Positions 40,507-55,049 of a stretch of 64,000 bases of DNA are shown here, one piece after another (the first letter of the stretch is position 1; every line of letters starts with the position of its first letter). The DNA is from Octopus vulgaris. Lineage: Eukaryota. The position numbers and the translations under genes are program-made. The notes below the pieces were generated by a model. That model was not told the DNA's origin and made no database searches. It saw only the letters and a program-made list of their open reading frames with translations. The stretch is taken from assembly GCA_951406725.2 (NCBI GenBank), contig OX597822.1:109492001-109556000 (forward strand). Reading direction: 5' to 3'.

Positions 40507-40946
40507 AACTATATCACAAACATACCTGTTGATATACTTCAAATGAAAATGTAACATTGAAACTATTAAACATTGAAACTATTGAAACTATTACACTGCG
40601 CTTCTTGAACGTAAGCTCATGTAGGAGTGGATCTTTATTTAACAGGAAGTAATGTCTGCAATTGAGAAATGTTGATATTGTTAGATTTCCTCAGTGATAC
40701 GGTTAAACGTCCATATCATCATTAGACGTAATCGTTCAGAAGAAATAATTGACACCGATTAGGAATATTTACAATGTGGCTGACACAAATCAAATTACTT
40801 TGGAAGTGCTTTGCACCATGATAAATAACTGCATGTAGAGTATCGCCTACATTATACGACAATTATAATTGCAATTAGAAGACACAATCGGTCTTGTGAA
40901 AATATGAATATGTCATACATTTAGCATTTGATAAATTGTACAAATG

Positions 40947-41000
<54 letters not shown>

Positions 41001-41175
41001 GGTATATATCCACCACACACGCACAGACATACACACAAACAACACACGCAACACTCTCACGCACGCAGAGAGACACACAGAGAAACACATAGACACCCAT
41101 ACACACACACACTTATACATATCAATATATATGTATACATGATGTTGTATATGTTTTATATAATATATATGTATA

Positions 41176-43065
41176 CTAGCTGAAGGAACCGGCGTTGCCC
41201 CGGTTGGTGCTCTTCTTATTCAGATTAGTAAAATATAAACTCGTGTTGTAAATCCATAGCCTTAACATAATCGTGTTTGCTTGTAATGTAAGATTACTGT
41301 ATTTCACAGGAAATAACAATCACTTTTAATACTCAATGGCTTTAAACTTCTGTAAATTACATGCACATATTATTTATGTAAATGCTTCTTCATATACGCT
41401 GTTTTATGTCTTGCCCTAGTTATCACTGAGAATCTAGAGATTTTTTTTTAATCTCTAACTCTGGAACATCCAACATACAGCTGACCATGTGAGCTGCACG
41501 TTTGAAGAATATTAAGTCCCACCACCTTTAGAGATTAACTTTGTGCTTTGTTGATAGACACTGCAAGGATCAAGTATAAAGAAAACTGCTGTCTCTTGAA
41601 GTGAAATGGGAGAGGATTTGAGATGAGAGTGATCCTTGGAATGAAAACATTCTCCCACACCATATTGCCTGTAGATATTGTTGCTTACTTAGTTAGTTAG
41701 TTAGTTAATTTGGCTCAAAAGCAAATAGCAAGGCCATGTAGGGGGACATGGAGTTAAGTACAGGGTGGTGTTCATGTAAAGAGTTCAGGCCACTTGAGGT
41801 CCAGGGAGGCTTTGAACAAAGCGGTCGTCGGCATCTTCACCATCTCGTCTGGCAGCTTGTTCCACGGATCCGCAACCCGGACGGAGAAAGCTCCTCTCCT
41901 TCGATTGAGATGAAATCGTCGCAGGTAGAGCTTTTCGGAATGACCCCGCAGCCGACGCTCCGGAGCAGGAGTGAAGAACAGCTGTTTCGAGAGGTTACAC
42001 TTCCCGCTTATGATGTTGTGGGCGAGAATGAGATCACCACGGCGGCGGCGTTTTTCAAGAGAATAAAGGTCGAGCGTCCTCAGCCTTTCTTCGTAGGACA
42101 CATTTTTGAGACCATGAACCATGCGGGTAGCCAGCCTTCTAACACAAGGGGCATAGCTGTTTTAACAAGCAGCCTTGTTCCATTGCAGAGCCTGGGTGCA
42201 TCAAGGTTTCTTAACAGTATTATGGGAGCACTTGTTTTCATGATCAGAATGCGTTGTAGAAATCATGGTGGTTGAAGTGACTCGAGGAACTCAACAGGGT
42301 AATGTGTTGCCTATTCTTGATTAGTGACAGTGTCAATTGATTTCTATGAAGATTCAGTTCCTGAAAGAGCTGAGACAACAAATTTAGATTCGGCTTGTAG
42401 ACAGCATCATTCTTTGGTGCCATAATTGCTCTTTCACATAGCCACTTTTGTAGTTTTTGGCAATGTTAGGAAAGACTTTGCTCTTCAGTTCTTGAAGCGT
42501 TACAGTCATATTGTTCCATGGGAGATGGTGCCGACTATGTTCTGGATCCTCTAGAAGTTTCCTATTTCCTATATCAAGTAATTTCTTTAAAACCTCGGCA
42601 GCTAATGGGTCGCCGTGAGTGTGAACCCTGATGTAAGTTGTCAGAGTAAGCTGCTTGACATGTTGCCAGATATATGAAGACTTGATAGAAAGTCTCAGAT
42701 GGTCTGCTTTTGTTCCTCTAGGAATGACAGGCAGTGTTTGCCTAAAGTCACCAACCATGAGGAAGGTGGTACTACCCATATGTCTTCTTATTGTTTGTGA
42801 AGTTTTGAAGTGTTCTATCAACGGCTTCAAAGGTTGTCTTATGGGACATTGTTGACTCGTCTCAGACAATGAGTTTGGCATCTGGAAGGAGCTTTGCTAA
42901 CTCCGTAATCTTTGATATGTTGCATAAAGGGAATTCATTTTGGATCAGGTTCAGAGGCAGCTTGAATGTTAAATTGGCTGTTCTTCCACCTGTTGGGGTG
43001 TGACTGCAATTCCAGAGGATGCAACAGCCAAAGCAATCTTCTTCTGTTTCACCTTGGCAAACACG
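41176..43065 (-). mobile_element. Decayed autonomous Helitron 3' part (PIF1-like helicase)
   Basis: VASSGIA, GGRTA, GDFRQTLPVIPRG, INKAQ and HGQLYVGCSRV motifs on minus; terminal hairpin accggggcaacgccggt then CTAG|T at 41179-41176. Confidence 0.9.
41688..42138 (-). mobile_element. CR1-group LINE 3' fragment nested in the Helitron, (TAAC)n tail
   Basis: Uninterrupted ORF SYEERLRTLDLYSLEKRRRRGDLI...FSVRVADPWNKLP. Confidence 0.9.
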
Positions 43066-43166
43066 AATTAAAAATGTGGGAAGAAATTAAAGTTCAACAG
43101 TATTTTTTCAAAATACAATAAATATATAAAGATACTGTGACGCGGTTTTCTTTACTCTACAAAAGT

Positions 43167-43550
43167 GGAGGCGCAATGGCCCAGTGGTTAGGGCAGCGGA
43201 CTCGCGGTCGTAGGATCGCGGTTTCGATTCCCAAACCGGGCGTTGTGAGTGTTTATTGGGCGAAAACACCTAAAAGTTTATGAGGCTCCGGCAGGGATGG
43301 TGGTGATCCCTGCTGTACTCTTTCACCACAACTTTCTCTCACTCTTACTTCCTGTTTCTGTTGTACATGTATTTCAAAAGGCCGGCCCTGTCACTCTCTG
43401 TGTCACGCTGAATAATCCCGAGAACTACGTTAAGGGTACACGCGTTTGTGGAATGCTCAGCCACTTACACGTTAATTTCACGAGCAGGTTGTTCCGTTGA
43501 TTCGGATCAACCGGAACTCTCGTCGTCGTACCGAAGGAGTGCTTCCATCC
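43167..43550 (+). mobile_element. SINE family C (tRNA-Arg-like head) with TSD
   Basis: A-box tggcccagtggt and B-box gtttcgattccc; TSD ACTCTACA(A/C)AAGT on both sides. Confidence 0.9.
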
Positions 43551-44559
43551 ACTCTACACAAGTTTAAATTGTATTGTTATTTTGCATTGGATAGCATTAT
43601 TTCGATATACAGATACAGGATGGCACAACCATTTACAAGGAAATTTACAACAGGAGATTATTATCTATTTCATAGAATTATAAAACTGGAATACACGGTT
43701 TGGAAAGAGTTCCCAGCAGCTTCAAGTTAATCGGGTATTTTCACTGAGTAGTCAAATGGCTGTTACTAAGAAAGATATGAATGTCAATTTCTCCAAAAGA
43801 ATCCCTGGAATTAGTCTAACCTATATACATATGTTAATCCCTTACTTATGACAATATAACAGAGTGAACATCCCTGGCGAATAATACTATTATAAATATA
43901 TGACAGATTGTTATGATCATGGATAATTCGTGGTGGTATGATTCTACATTATGTTAGTAGTTACATATATATCAAATGGAAAAACCAGTAATCCATTATA
44001 GCATTCTTGCAATTTTTCCCATTTTGTTCCTGCTGTGATACGGATGAAAGACCTTGTTTTCGTTACAGCTAAATGACTACGTATGCCGTTGTACTAACAT
44101 TTCATATTATGCGTCTTTTCGCTTTTCATTTAACTGTCAGAGTCAGAAATAGATGCAATCTGATGCCCGCTGCTGAAGTAATATTTTAGTCCAAATGCCA
44201 TTCTGCACATGGCTTTTATTCATATGCTCTACTTTAAAATAAATTAATCTCCTGCTAATGAGAAGTTTGAGATAGATGTTTAGTAGGATTTCTATGGATA
44301 TAAAGTTCTTAACCGACTTCATAGCGATATATGAGACAAAGTGGATAGTTACCTGTTTCTAACGTATATCATAAGAACGCATGTACACATCTGCGTGTGT
44401 ACATGTGTGTATTTTTATACTCATGGTTATAAACATAGGTAATATATCGTAGATAACATAGAATCATTGAAGTTGATATAAAATGTGTGGGGCAAACTAT
44501 GATCTGTTTTACATCCTCTAGTCACTAATTAAATATATACCCTATATTCACAAAAGAAA

Positions 44560-44960
44560 TTGGACAATATTATTTTCCTGCGCGGAAAACTTTGTATATA
44601 TGACAGAAAATATAAATCTAATATAAACTACAGTAATGTGCGGAATCTTAGAAACTCTAATATTACACAGTAGTATGGAATCCCGATAAAAAGGAAAGCA
44701 ATACATTAACACTGGGTGAAGTTAAATGCTTTGAATTACACTGCATTAAGACCTCGAACGTAAGATCTCTACCCTGATGATAGAGGCTCATCTCATCCTA
44801 TGTTATATACATCAATACGGTCGCATAGTTTGATGCACTAAATCTGACAACATTACTACAAATCGCCGATTCCCTATAAACAGCTGTTGGGCTTATAGTA
44901 CCTTTGTTTCACCTTTTCTGTGTCATTTGTACTCTCTGTAAATTAGACCTATTAATATAA
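44560..44960 (+). mobile_element. Old PLE 3' end with degenerate hammerhead
   Basis: ILETLIL...INTG endonuclease-tail-like peptide, then cc-CTGATGA(44774-80)...tAAA-CAGCTG-TT-gg (44877-90). Confidence 0.45.
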
Positions 44961-45258
44961 ATAAATACCTATATATTTATACATAAACATTCATTATCTG
45001 AAAGCTTCCACCACGAATTGCATGTATACAGGTATACATATATACAGATTTGGTATTTTATACATTTAATATATTTGATCGGTATGATTTGTTTATCCGC
45101 ACACATGCTACTATACCTCATGAGCTCGATCCCTCTTTTTTACTTTCTTGCCTTTATGGGACTGACCCCTTTCAAAACATCAGAGTCCCAGTGTGAAATT
45201 TTTAAAGCAATACTTAGTGACCTCTATATGGAGAATATCTGGATTTCATCTGTAAAAG

Positions 45259-45292
<34 letters not shown>

Positions 45293-45439
45293 CGTTACAG
45301 ATGAGATCCAAATATTCTCCAATAGACGTCACTATATAAGGAATATATATATATATATATATATTATATGTATGTATGTGTGTATGCATTATATTCATAA
45401 CTGGTTTCAGCCAACGCTTAGTATTAAGTTGGCCAGAAA

Positions 45440-46060
45440 ATCCCTTCTGTGGCTTTTTCTAGCACAACTTTGGTTCATCCAGCATGCCAGATGAAAAATT
45501 ATCCAAATGTTATTTGAAAATCTCCACGTCTACAGAGCGCGAACTCAGGTTGTTTGGCAGGTTGAACATTTCTGAGCCTTTCGGACAGAAGTTGTTACAG
45601 TGCTGAGTTCTTATTCTAGATAAAAAAAGATGGGACCTCTTTTGGTACTATGAAATTCTGTCCAGTTCCCTGGTTGGTATATCTATCAGTTTAAAATTCG
45701 GGAGCTAGGCTTTGTAGAATCTTACACGTGTATATCACTGAATGTATTTTGCATCTTTTGAAATGGAAGTCGGGCCTCAGTTACTTAAGCTTCACCCAGT
45801 ATTTCATGTGTGGCACCGACTGAAACTTATTTATGTAGTACGTTGGGTTGCTTCGAATATTGCTGTTAGTTTCCATTTTTATGGTGAACCGAGTCCAGAA
45901 TATTAATCCAGGCAACTGAACACGACTGTCCTCCATAGGAGCTGTATGATATGATTTTTCATGATTCTGGGTGATTTTAGAATCCAACCAGTCATTTACT
46001 TGCAAAGTGTAACCAACTTGGTTATATCCACTTGGAACGTTACATCTTTACTGATGTAAA
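45440..46060 (-). mobile_element. Old CR1/L2-group LINE 3' fragment
   Basis: Minus translation LPNNLSSRSVDVEIFK*HLDNFSSGMLDEP resembles the CR1/L2 ORF2 C-terminus. Confidence 0.55.
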
Positions 46061-46240
46061 TTCTCAAATAACACACCGGCTCTCATTTAAGAATTGTAAT
46101 ACTCCCTCTTGATTTGACCCGATTGCAGTGTGGATATATATATATATATGGAACCATTGTTGCAAGACAGTGATTATTTATGGGCAGAATTTAGGTTAGT
46201 TGAAATACGTTTGTCACATATTTCAACTACTAAACACACA

Positions 46241-46282
<42 letters not shown>

Positions 46283-46422
46283 TGTGTGTTTGCGTGCGTG
46301 TGTATGTATGTATATTGAAATATAAACAACTGGGAACACTTACAAGTAGCAGTTAAAGCCATCGGCACAAAGTAGTGTTTATGTATGAGCAGAATTTAGA
46401 TTAGTAGAAATATATGTGTATG

Positions 46423-46454
<32 letters not shown>

Positions 46455-46456
46455 TG

Positions 46457-46522
<66 letters not shown>

Positions 46523-48469
46523 TATAAAAATTATATTATAAAAAGGGACAAGAACGTGAAATACTCAAAGAGACGACACAAAAAACGGACGGGGCATTCG
46601 AAGCCTTTAATCTTCAGTCAGGAACTGGATCATCATAGCAAATTTCGGCTGATTAATTCTGATATTGCTCTAAAACGGCCTGTCCCAATGAAAAACTAAG
46701 CAGCGAGCATTAGATTTCTTGGAAAAAGGATCGAATGTAAACGAAACAAGGACAGAAAAACGGACGAAGCCACACGAATATAAATACAAAAAAAAAACAA
46801 AAATAAAAATAAAAACAAGAATGGTAATAACAGGACAATCCACAAGAGTAAGCAATAGATAGAGAAACAGACAGAAACAAGGGAAATGCCACTTGTATTT
46901 GAACACTATGTAAATATTCTTTAAAAATCTTTTCTTTTAATTTTCCAAAATGTTACTGTTTTCCATACTTACTGTTGAAAGAGTCCCAATTACTGAAACC
47001 GATTGAAATGCTTTTTTATAATGTTATTTTAGCAGTTTCTATCTTGACTTTTTCACACACAAACACACACACACACTCAGACACACACACATACACACAC
47101 TCACAGACACACACATATATATATATATATATTGAAATATAAACAATTGAGAACGTGTACAAGTAACAGTTAAAACACCATTCCTGCGTTGATTCAAATC
47201 ATCAAATCATCAATCGAAATACAAGATATGGCAGCCAAATCCTCCTCATGTTACGCTGACAATGCATAAAACTGTTATGTCAGATAATATTCTCGAAGAA
47301 AGACTACTGTTTTTCCAAAAAAAAAAAGAACAATCACGGAAAAAAGACATTTGTTCATATATTTGCAAATTTATTTGAATTACATTTGAAATGTGGCTGA
47401 CCACTAAAAATAAAGTCTATCGAAAATTGCCAACCTGCAATGTAAAGTTCATATACATTGGACACGATATGCACAGTTACCAAATTGCAATGCTTCTTGC
47501 GATATATGCAGCTATTAATAAAATTTCAAAATAATTGCCATGATTTCACCATAATGCCAATTCCTAAACGCATTCTCCCCATAACTGCATTGAAGAAATA
47601 TTTCAGTAAGTGTAACTGCTAAAAATGTCAAATCGGGAATTAGATTTAGCACATTTATATTTTACGGCTTCCGACCAGGAGACACTGGGAACAGAGTCCA
47701 CAAAATTCAATTACATAAATGTAACGTTTATATATTCTGCTTTATTGAAGGTTCCAACATAAGTCTTTGCAATTTTTACCAGAAAAGTCATTGTGGTCCC
47801 ACTCATCATCATCTTTTTCTTTAACTGTTATAACACGCACCAATACGAGATTGCAGACAATCGGCTGATAACTATTAAACCGTTTTATTTTGTACCGGCC
47901 ATTTATTCAAGATAGCATGAAATGAAATGCAAACTATAACACATTTTAGTCCTCTGTAGCCGTAGTGATTTAGCCGGCACATTTAAAATCCAGATATGTG
48001 TGTGGATGCATGTGTGTGTATATGATTGGGTGTGTATCTGCTTGTGCTAGCGAGAACGTGTAAGGCTGTATGTGTGTACGCATATATATATGAGAGAGAA
48101 AGCTAAGTTTTCCGAATTAACACCGCAAGCTAGTTACTCTGCCAAACTTCGTATACATGCGTAGAAATACACACACAGGCGCGCATGACCACATTCACAT
48201 ATGTGCAGTGTGTGTGCGTGTTTATTTGCATGGACGTATACGATGTAAAGTAGAACTTATGATGTGAATTTGTAAAATAGATTTATGTCTCTAAAATATG
48301 TAAGTCAGTTGAAAGTAATCACCTGAACAGTAGAAAGCTACTTATATACCATACAATTACTGGCGTCGAAAAAGTTTTACGTAAAGCTTGATGGACAAGA
48401 TTCATAACATATATCAAATGGCTGACGGTAGTAAACAAAAGGAGAGGAAATCTAGTAACATTTATGACT

Positions 48470-48496
48470 CTCTCTCTCTCTCTATCTATATATCTG

Positions 48497-48578
<82 letters not shown>

Positions 48579-48595
48579 AAACTATATATCTATCT
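48470..48595. repeat. (TATC)n microsatellite
   Basis: Direct reading. Confidence 0.95.
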
Positions 48596-50061
48596 GGCTG
48601 TTTGTACATCTGCCTGTCTGTGTGTCTCTTTGTCTATCTACACAGTGATGACTATATATAGACAGAGGGATTTCAAAGTGTATGTGTGAAGATATGAAGT
48701 GGAATGTAAGATGTCGTTAGATGCGTAAATGTGACGATTGTTCATGTGACAGTAAGTTGTTTAATTATATACAGGAAAAAGAAATAAAGGGACAAATCCT
48801 GCCCCTTGAGAACGCTTTATTACTTAGCAAATATTAATGTTCGGATACACCTATCAGCATGCATTATAAAAGTGTTATACTAAGTAAAATAAAATATTAG
48901 AATATTTTTGATTTTAATTTCTTTTTGATTTTAATTTATGCAAAGACCAAGTTGTTTGTAGACGCGTATGATATTCGTATATTGTTTCTTTGTTTATTTT
49001 TGTAGTGTCTATTTTCCTCCTCTAAATTTAATTGTTACAATTTTATTTACTCCACTATAGAAAAGAGTCATCAAACATTTTCATGAAATTCAGACGCACG
49101 CGCACACACGCACACACAGACACGCATACAGGCGAACACATAGATGCCAACATTAATCTTGATCTAGATAGAGACATAGAGAAACTCAAACCTATAGATG
49201 CAGCCATATAGACATCACCTACAAACACATAATATGTATAAGAATGCGCATAGATATATATATTAGCACACAGACACAAAGACGCATACACATAAAACAA
49301 CCAAACACACTCACCGAACCACATAGACACACATATATACCCTAAAACTAGCTCTAAACCTAAGGCCGACCAAAGTCGTGTGAGTGGATTTCGTAGACAG
49401 AAACTGAAAGAAATTTGTCGTGTGTATACATACATATATATATATATATACATGCATACATATATACATACATGCATGTGAGTGTTTGTATGCATGTATA
49501 TATATGTGTGTGTTTGTGTGTGTATGTGTATGTGTTTATCTGTGTGTGTAAATGAATAGAAAATGGAGATATGTGTAACACCAAAATGAAAAAAATTATA
49601 TTTAAGTTTATTAACAGAACACGATATTATATTATATTCATATAATTGTCTAGCATACTGTAATAAATCATAATATTAAATACATCCAGTCTCTACGTTA
49701 AAATTCAATATAAATTAATATGGTCATTTTAAACTTCCTAATGACTTCCACATCATTAAAATAATTATGCTTTTCCTGCAGAAAAATTACTTTTTTGTTA
49801 AAGGAATATAACATATAATGTTTCTAATATATATATATATGAAATACCTATACAGACACACATACATGCATACATAGGTACATATAATACATATATACAC
49901 ACATATACACATACATAGATGCATACACATAACAATACATAATACGAATATGTATTCATCTACCGATATACAAGACTTAAACATAACAAAAAAATAATAA
50001 AAAAAAACCAGATAACGCATGTACAGATGCCAATGCATACACATACACACTAACACACCTC

Positions 50062-50103
<42 letters not shown>

Positions 50104-50560
50104 GCATACATATATATGTATATATATATATATATATATATACATACACATATACATACATATACCCTGACACTATATAGTTAAAAATATATATATATTC
50201 AGATAAATATATATAAATATAAATGTATCTATAAAATAAAAGTAAAATAAAATAAAGAATATATTTATAATTATAATTTTTTTTTTCAAATTTAAAACAC
50301 ATAAGTATTTAAATAATTATAGCTAATATAAAATTATAATTTATATATAATGGAAATTAAATAAGCGTTATTATACGATAATTTACTCACAATATACTTT
50401 TGGATTAATAAATATTTAATATTATATTCCTCCATAAAATATTAAGTATATGATTCTAATCTATTTACTAAATAGTAGCAATAATAATAGTATACAATTA
50501 TACACATATACTTACAAGCATACATCTACATATGGACAGAAAAAAACACACACAAACACT

Positions 50561-50609
<49 letters not shown>

Positions 50610-50759
50610 TCTAATGCTTCTAAAGCTTATATAATAATATAACATTTAATTATCTCACAAAGGATATCTAACAAAGTTTAATACCAAATAGACCTCTAAA
50701 TAATCAATTCAACTTAATTATAAATTCTAAACACATATTTTGAAGAGTATTTTTAAGAG

Positions 50760-53045
50760 GGAACTATTTCTTTTTTGTCGCTAAGAACTTCCTTTTTTGA
50801 TGTTAAAATTTTATTTTTCTTCACACATATTTTACATCTATTATGAGAAATTTTATAGGATCTAGCCAGACTAATTTATTATTATCCTTCAACTCTCATA
50901 TAAATTTACTTAAAACTGGAGCTACACAACCTATTTCTGTTTCTACATGTGTATTCTTCGTTTGCAACACGCCACATATCGAAATTTTCGGTTTACCCAA
51001 AATTAAAATTACTATTTCCTTCAGATTCTGCCCGACATCTGCATTTAAGTTTTTTGTGGATACAAACATACAATCACAAATTCTAGCTACACGATTTTGA
51101 TTTCGTTCATTATTAGACTTAGTAATTAAAGTATTATTAGTTTTATTACTATAAAATGTATCTAATTTATTGTTACTGATCGAAGAGATAATTGTAAAAA
51201 TGTTTTTAGATAGTGAAAAACCAATTCTAACCGTTTTATTATTAATTATTTTATTATACTTATTTACCTTATTGACATATTTAGATATAGATTTGTAAAA
51301 AGATTTAACTTAATTAGTTTTTATTTATTTATATATTTTTTTTTTGCAAAAGGATTAACAAACCGAATATTTTAGTTGAGTGGGGATGCTAGATTCCCTT
51401 GTTCGGAAATATAAGGACACAGACAACGTCGTATAGCCAGCTGGAGAGGATGTCTCCTGGGGCTAAATTGCAGCAACATTAGTCCTAAACCAGGACTGCT
51501 ATTTTATGTTGGTAAGCAATCTTTGCTACAGAGTATCATCCTTATTTTTAGCAGATTTACTAAATTTACACAATCCGTTGTGTATTGATTTAGAATTATT
51601 AAATTTGTGACTGCTTTTATCCTTTCTACTATATACAATCTTATATATATATATATATATATCGCTTTATTAAAAGCTTCATTATAGTATTCAGCATTAT
51701 TACTGAAAATTCTCCCATTAGAACATAAAAATGAAATTAGACCGGAAATTAGACGTGTAATTACTTTAGGATGATTACTATTAAAATCAACATACTTGAA
51801 GTTTGTATTAGGTTTATGATATGGTCTATATTTGGCTGTAACAAGATTAACATCTATGTAATTAAGAGAAATATGTTCATTTTAATGAGAAGTTAATAAA
51901 CGAAATCTTTTAAAAATCTATGCCGTTTTTTTTTTCATATACAAATCTAATTTCTTATTGGGTAAGGTATTAATTAAAAACAGCGCATCATCCCTTAATA
52001 GTCCACCTTTTAAGAGACACACAGACAGGCAGATGTACAAACAGTCAGAATATTCAGAATATTCAAAAGTTCAGAATATTCACTACATAAATGAAGCAGA
52101 ATGTATATCCCTGCAATATGAGGAACCAGACCAGAATCAGTCGTATTTTTTGCTAACCCAGTATTTATTACCAAATAAAATTACTGAATTATTTTAATTT
52201 TCTAAAATTATTTTAATTTCTCTTAAATTAAGTTTAGATCTATTGTTAGCAAGAAAAAGTGTCTGATTAAGAACTATAGGATTTATAGATGGATAATAAT
52301 TATCAATATCTATTAAATTTACTTTTATTTTCATTATCTATTCCAACAAAACAATTCATAGCATCCATAGATCAAGTTTCAATTTTCTAAGTGTTGTTAA
52401 ATATTCATCTAAAATACTTTTTACATGATTTACCTATTTCAGATCACCTTGAGCAAATCAATCTAACTGTACGTTTTGAATAGAATTTATCCTCAATATC
52501 TTTTAGAGTTATTCTAGGCCTCATAGGCAAAACTGGCTCTGTCCCTTCATCAAGATTATAATCCTCCATAATCTGCGAACATTCCAAGTTAATACACCGT
52601 AGAAAACTATACTTACTACCTTATACCTACTACTTATTTCATTTTTGATAAGGTCGTAGTATTTTAAAATACCAATATTATACAAGTTACTGGTTTTATC
52701 AGACATATTTTGTTTAAGGTCAGATACCAAATTCTTCAGATTCCATAACTGTTCATTCCCCCTAGATGATACTTAATGAATTTACTTTTTCTCTATAGGC
52801 AATATATCATCCTCAAATGCCGTGGCGGAAATGTTTTGGGTTTTTTTGTTTTTTTTTTTTATAAAGACATTCAACACCTTCCTTTTCAGAATCAAATCCT
52901 TGTTCAAATTCCTTCTCATAATAAAAGGTCTTCCAACCTATCCTTTGTATAAATTCAGTAGCCTTGGTAATTAGATCCGTCATACAATCCTTTTAAGTGG
53001 TTTATTAAACGTCAATTAGTAATTTCTCCATTTTACCAGCGAAAA
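50760..53045 (-). mobile_element. Decayed Penelope-like element (RT N-half and GIY-YIG remnants)
   Basis: SDKTSNLY, RITLKD..RTVRLICSR*SEIGKSCKSILD, IDIDNYYPSI and LSKFI*ELKDNN blocks on minus. Confidence 0.75.
51410..51480 (+). other. Diverged relative of the structured non-ribozyme domain of the 360-bp unit
   Basis: ataaggacac...gtc gtatagccagctggagaggatgtctcctggggctaaattgcagcaaca aligns to ataagggcac...gtcgagcctttctggtga...atgttcgcctggggctaaatgcaacagtaaca. Confidence 0.55.
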
Positions 53046-53176
53046 ACAGTATAAATATGATCATACATGTAATATTTTTAATTAAACCCAGTACAACAAA
53101 AATACGAATGAAAACATACATTTTTTAAAAAATTACATGAGTATATATTAAATTTATAATAGAATAGAATATATAA

Positions 53177-53521
53177 AGGTTAAAGACCCCCTTCGGTCAT
53201 GAGTGACGATGGGTTTGCACCTAGAGAGTTACCCTCTGAGGCACAAGTCTGGGCAAGGTTTTTTTTTTATGGAAGACCAGTAGTCGCCCATGCATACCGG
53301 CCTCCCCTCTCCACGCCACCAGTGTTATCCAAGGGAAAGACAAAGGTCGATACAGCTTGGCACCCGTGACGTCGCAACTCATTTCCACAGCTGAGTGAAT
53401 TGGAGCAACGTGAAATAAAGTGTCTTGCTCAAGAACACAACACGCAGCCCGGTCCGGGATTCGAGCTCACAACCTCACGATCGTAAGTTCGACGCTCTAA
53501 TCACTGAGCCATGCGCCTTCA
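53177..53521 (-). mobile_element. SINE family E (tRNA-derived)
   Basis: Minus head gaaggcgcatggctcagtgattagagcg...gagctcgaatccc (A/B boxes), tail ...gggggtctttaacctt. Confidence 0.85.
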
Positions 53522-53528
53522 CAATATA

Positions 53529-53696
<168 letters not shown>

Positions 53697-53955
53697 GTTA
53701 GCACAAGCCTTGAGGATGCGATCATTCATTCATTGATTGCACAGACTGGGGTTCATCGACATGTCTTTCTTCTGTATTCCGTACCAAATACACGCGTAAT
53801 CAATGATCTAGATATAGATAACTTAATTTTCTTCAAATCATATTCTGTAACGTTATCATTAAAATAAACACATGCATATTGGTTCTCTAATTCTAGTTCT
53901 TAAAAAAAACACTGAAAATGAGATGGCAACTACATTGATTAATTTACATTGAGTC

Positions 53956-54007
<52 letters not shown>

Positions 54008-54435
54008 ATAGAAGATACGGACTACAAAAATTATTAAATACATAAAATAAATAAACTCTAAACAATATATATATAATAAAGCTAAAATACAAAAGAGGAA
54101 ATATCAATAGATACCGCATGGAATATGTTTCCGTATTATTGCTTACAAACATATGTTCGCACTTATTACTGTTAATAAATTCTGATGCACACGTTTCTGA
54201 TATATAAAAATTATTTACTATATTTTAATCATTTTTTTTTTCTTTTTAGGCTGACGATTCGTGCTCGTTGTCCAATGATTCTCAGAAAGTATCCTATGGA
54301 TGAAGCTATTTGCCATCTTAGTCTCGGGAGCTGTATGTATAAATATTACAAGTTGTCATATAGATTATGTGTCTCTCGCTCACAATTTTTGTTTGAATTT
54401 CTTTATATTCTTTATTTGGCAATCCATAACTATAT

Positions 54436-54497
<62 letters not shown>

Positions 54498-54540
54498 TTC
54501 TGAATTTTTTAGGAATACGAGTGCTTGCATGTGTGTGAGC

Positions 54541-54585
<45 letters not shown>

Positions 54586-54602
54586 GGAAGGCAGAATATA
54601 AA

Positions 54603-54805
54603 ATGGCGATCTTGCAGAATCACTACCGCCCCAGGTCAATTGCTTAGCAGCATTTCGTCCGTCTTTTCGAACTAAGTTCAAAATTCGCCAAGGTCGCCTT
54701 TACCTAACATCCTTTCGGTTCCGATAAAATAAACACCAGATGAGAACTAGGGTCGACTTACCTCTTCCAGGAAATTGCTGGAGTTGGCCTGAAAATTGGA
54801 AACTA
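54603..54805 (+). mobile_element. Old SINE family B relative
   Basis: ggcga.ct.gcagaatc...gcttagcagcatttcgtc...agttcaaa...ggtcg. Confidence 0.65.
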
Positions 54806-54811
54806 ATATGC

Positions 54812-54843
<32 letters not shown>

Positions 54844-54861
54844 GTATATGTATATATATAC

Positions 54862-54892
<31 letters not shown>

Positions 54893-54893
54893 A

Positions 54894-54929
<36 letters not shown>

Positions 54930-55049
54930 GTTGGTTGTCTACTCCTTATGCACAGTTTGACCACCTCTTGAAACTAGACCATACAACCACCATGGCATCT
55001 GATGAGGCTTTTTAAAGCAGATAATATTTTGAAATGGCACCCATATAGA

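Noticed and set aside
43167-43245. tRNA-like sequences here and at 62348, 53521 and 28412
   Set aside because: These are heads of longer dispersed repeats, several with tails and TSDs, i.e. SINEs rather than tRNA genes.
54985-55040. CTGATGA-ggcttt..aaagca-GATA motif; also partial motifs at 37375-37400(-), 46970-47005(+), 16221(+), 9487(-) and 56125(-)
   Set aside because: Missing or broken GAAA, stem I or stem III; too degenerate to call as hammerheads.
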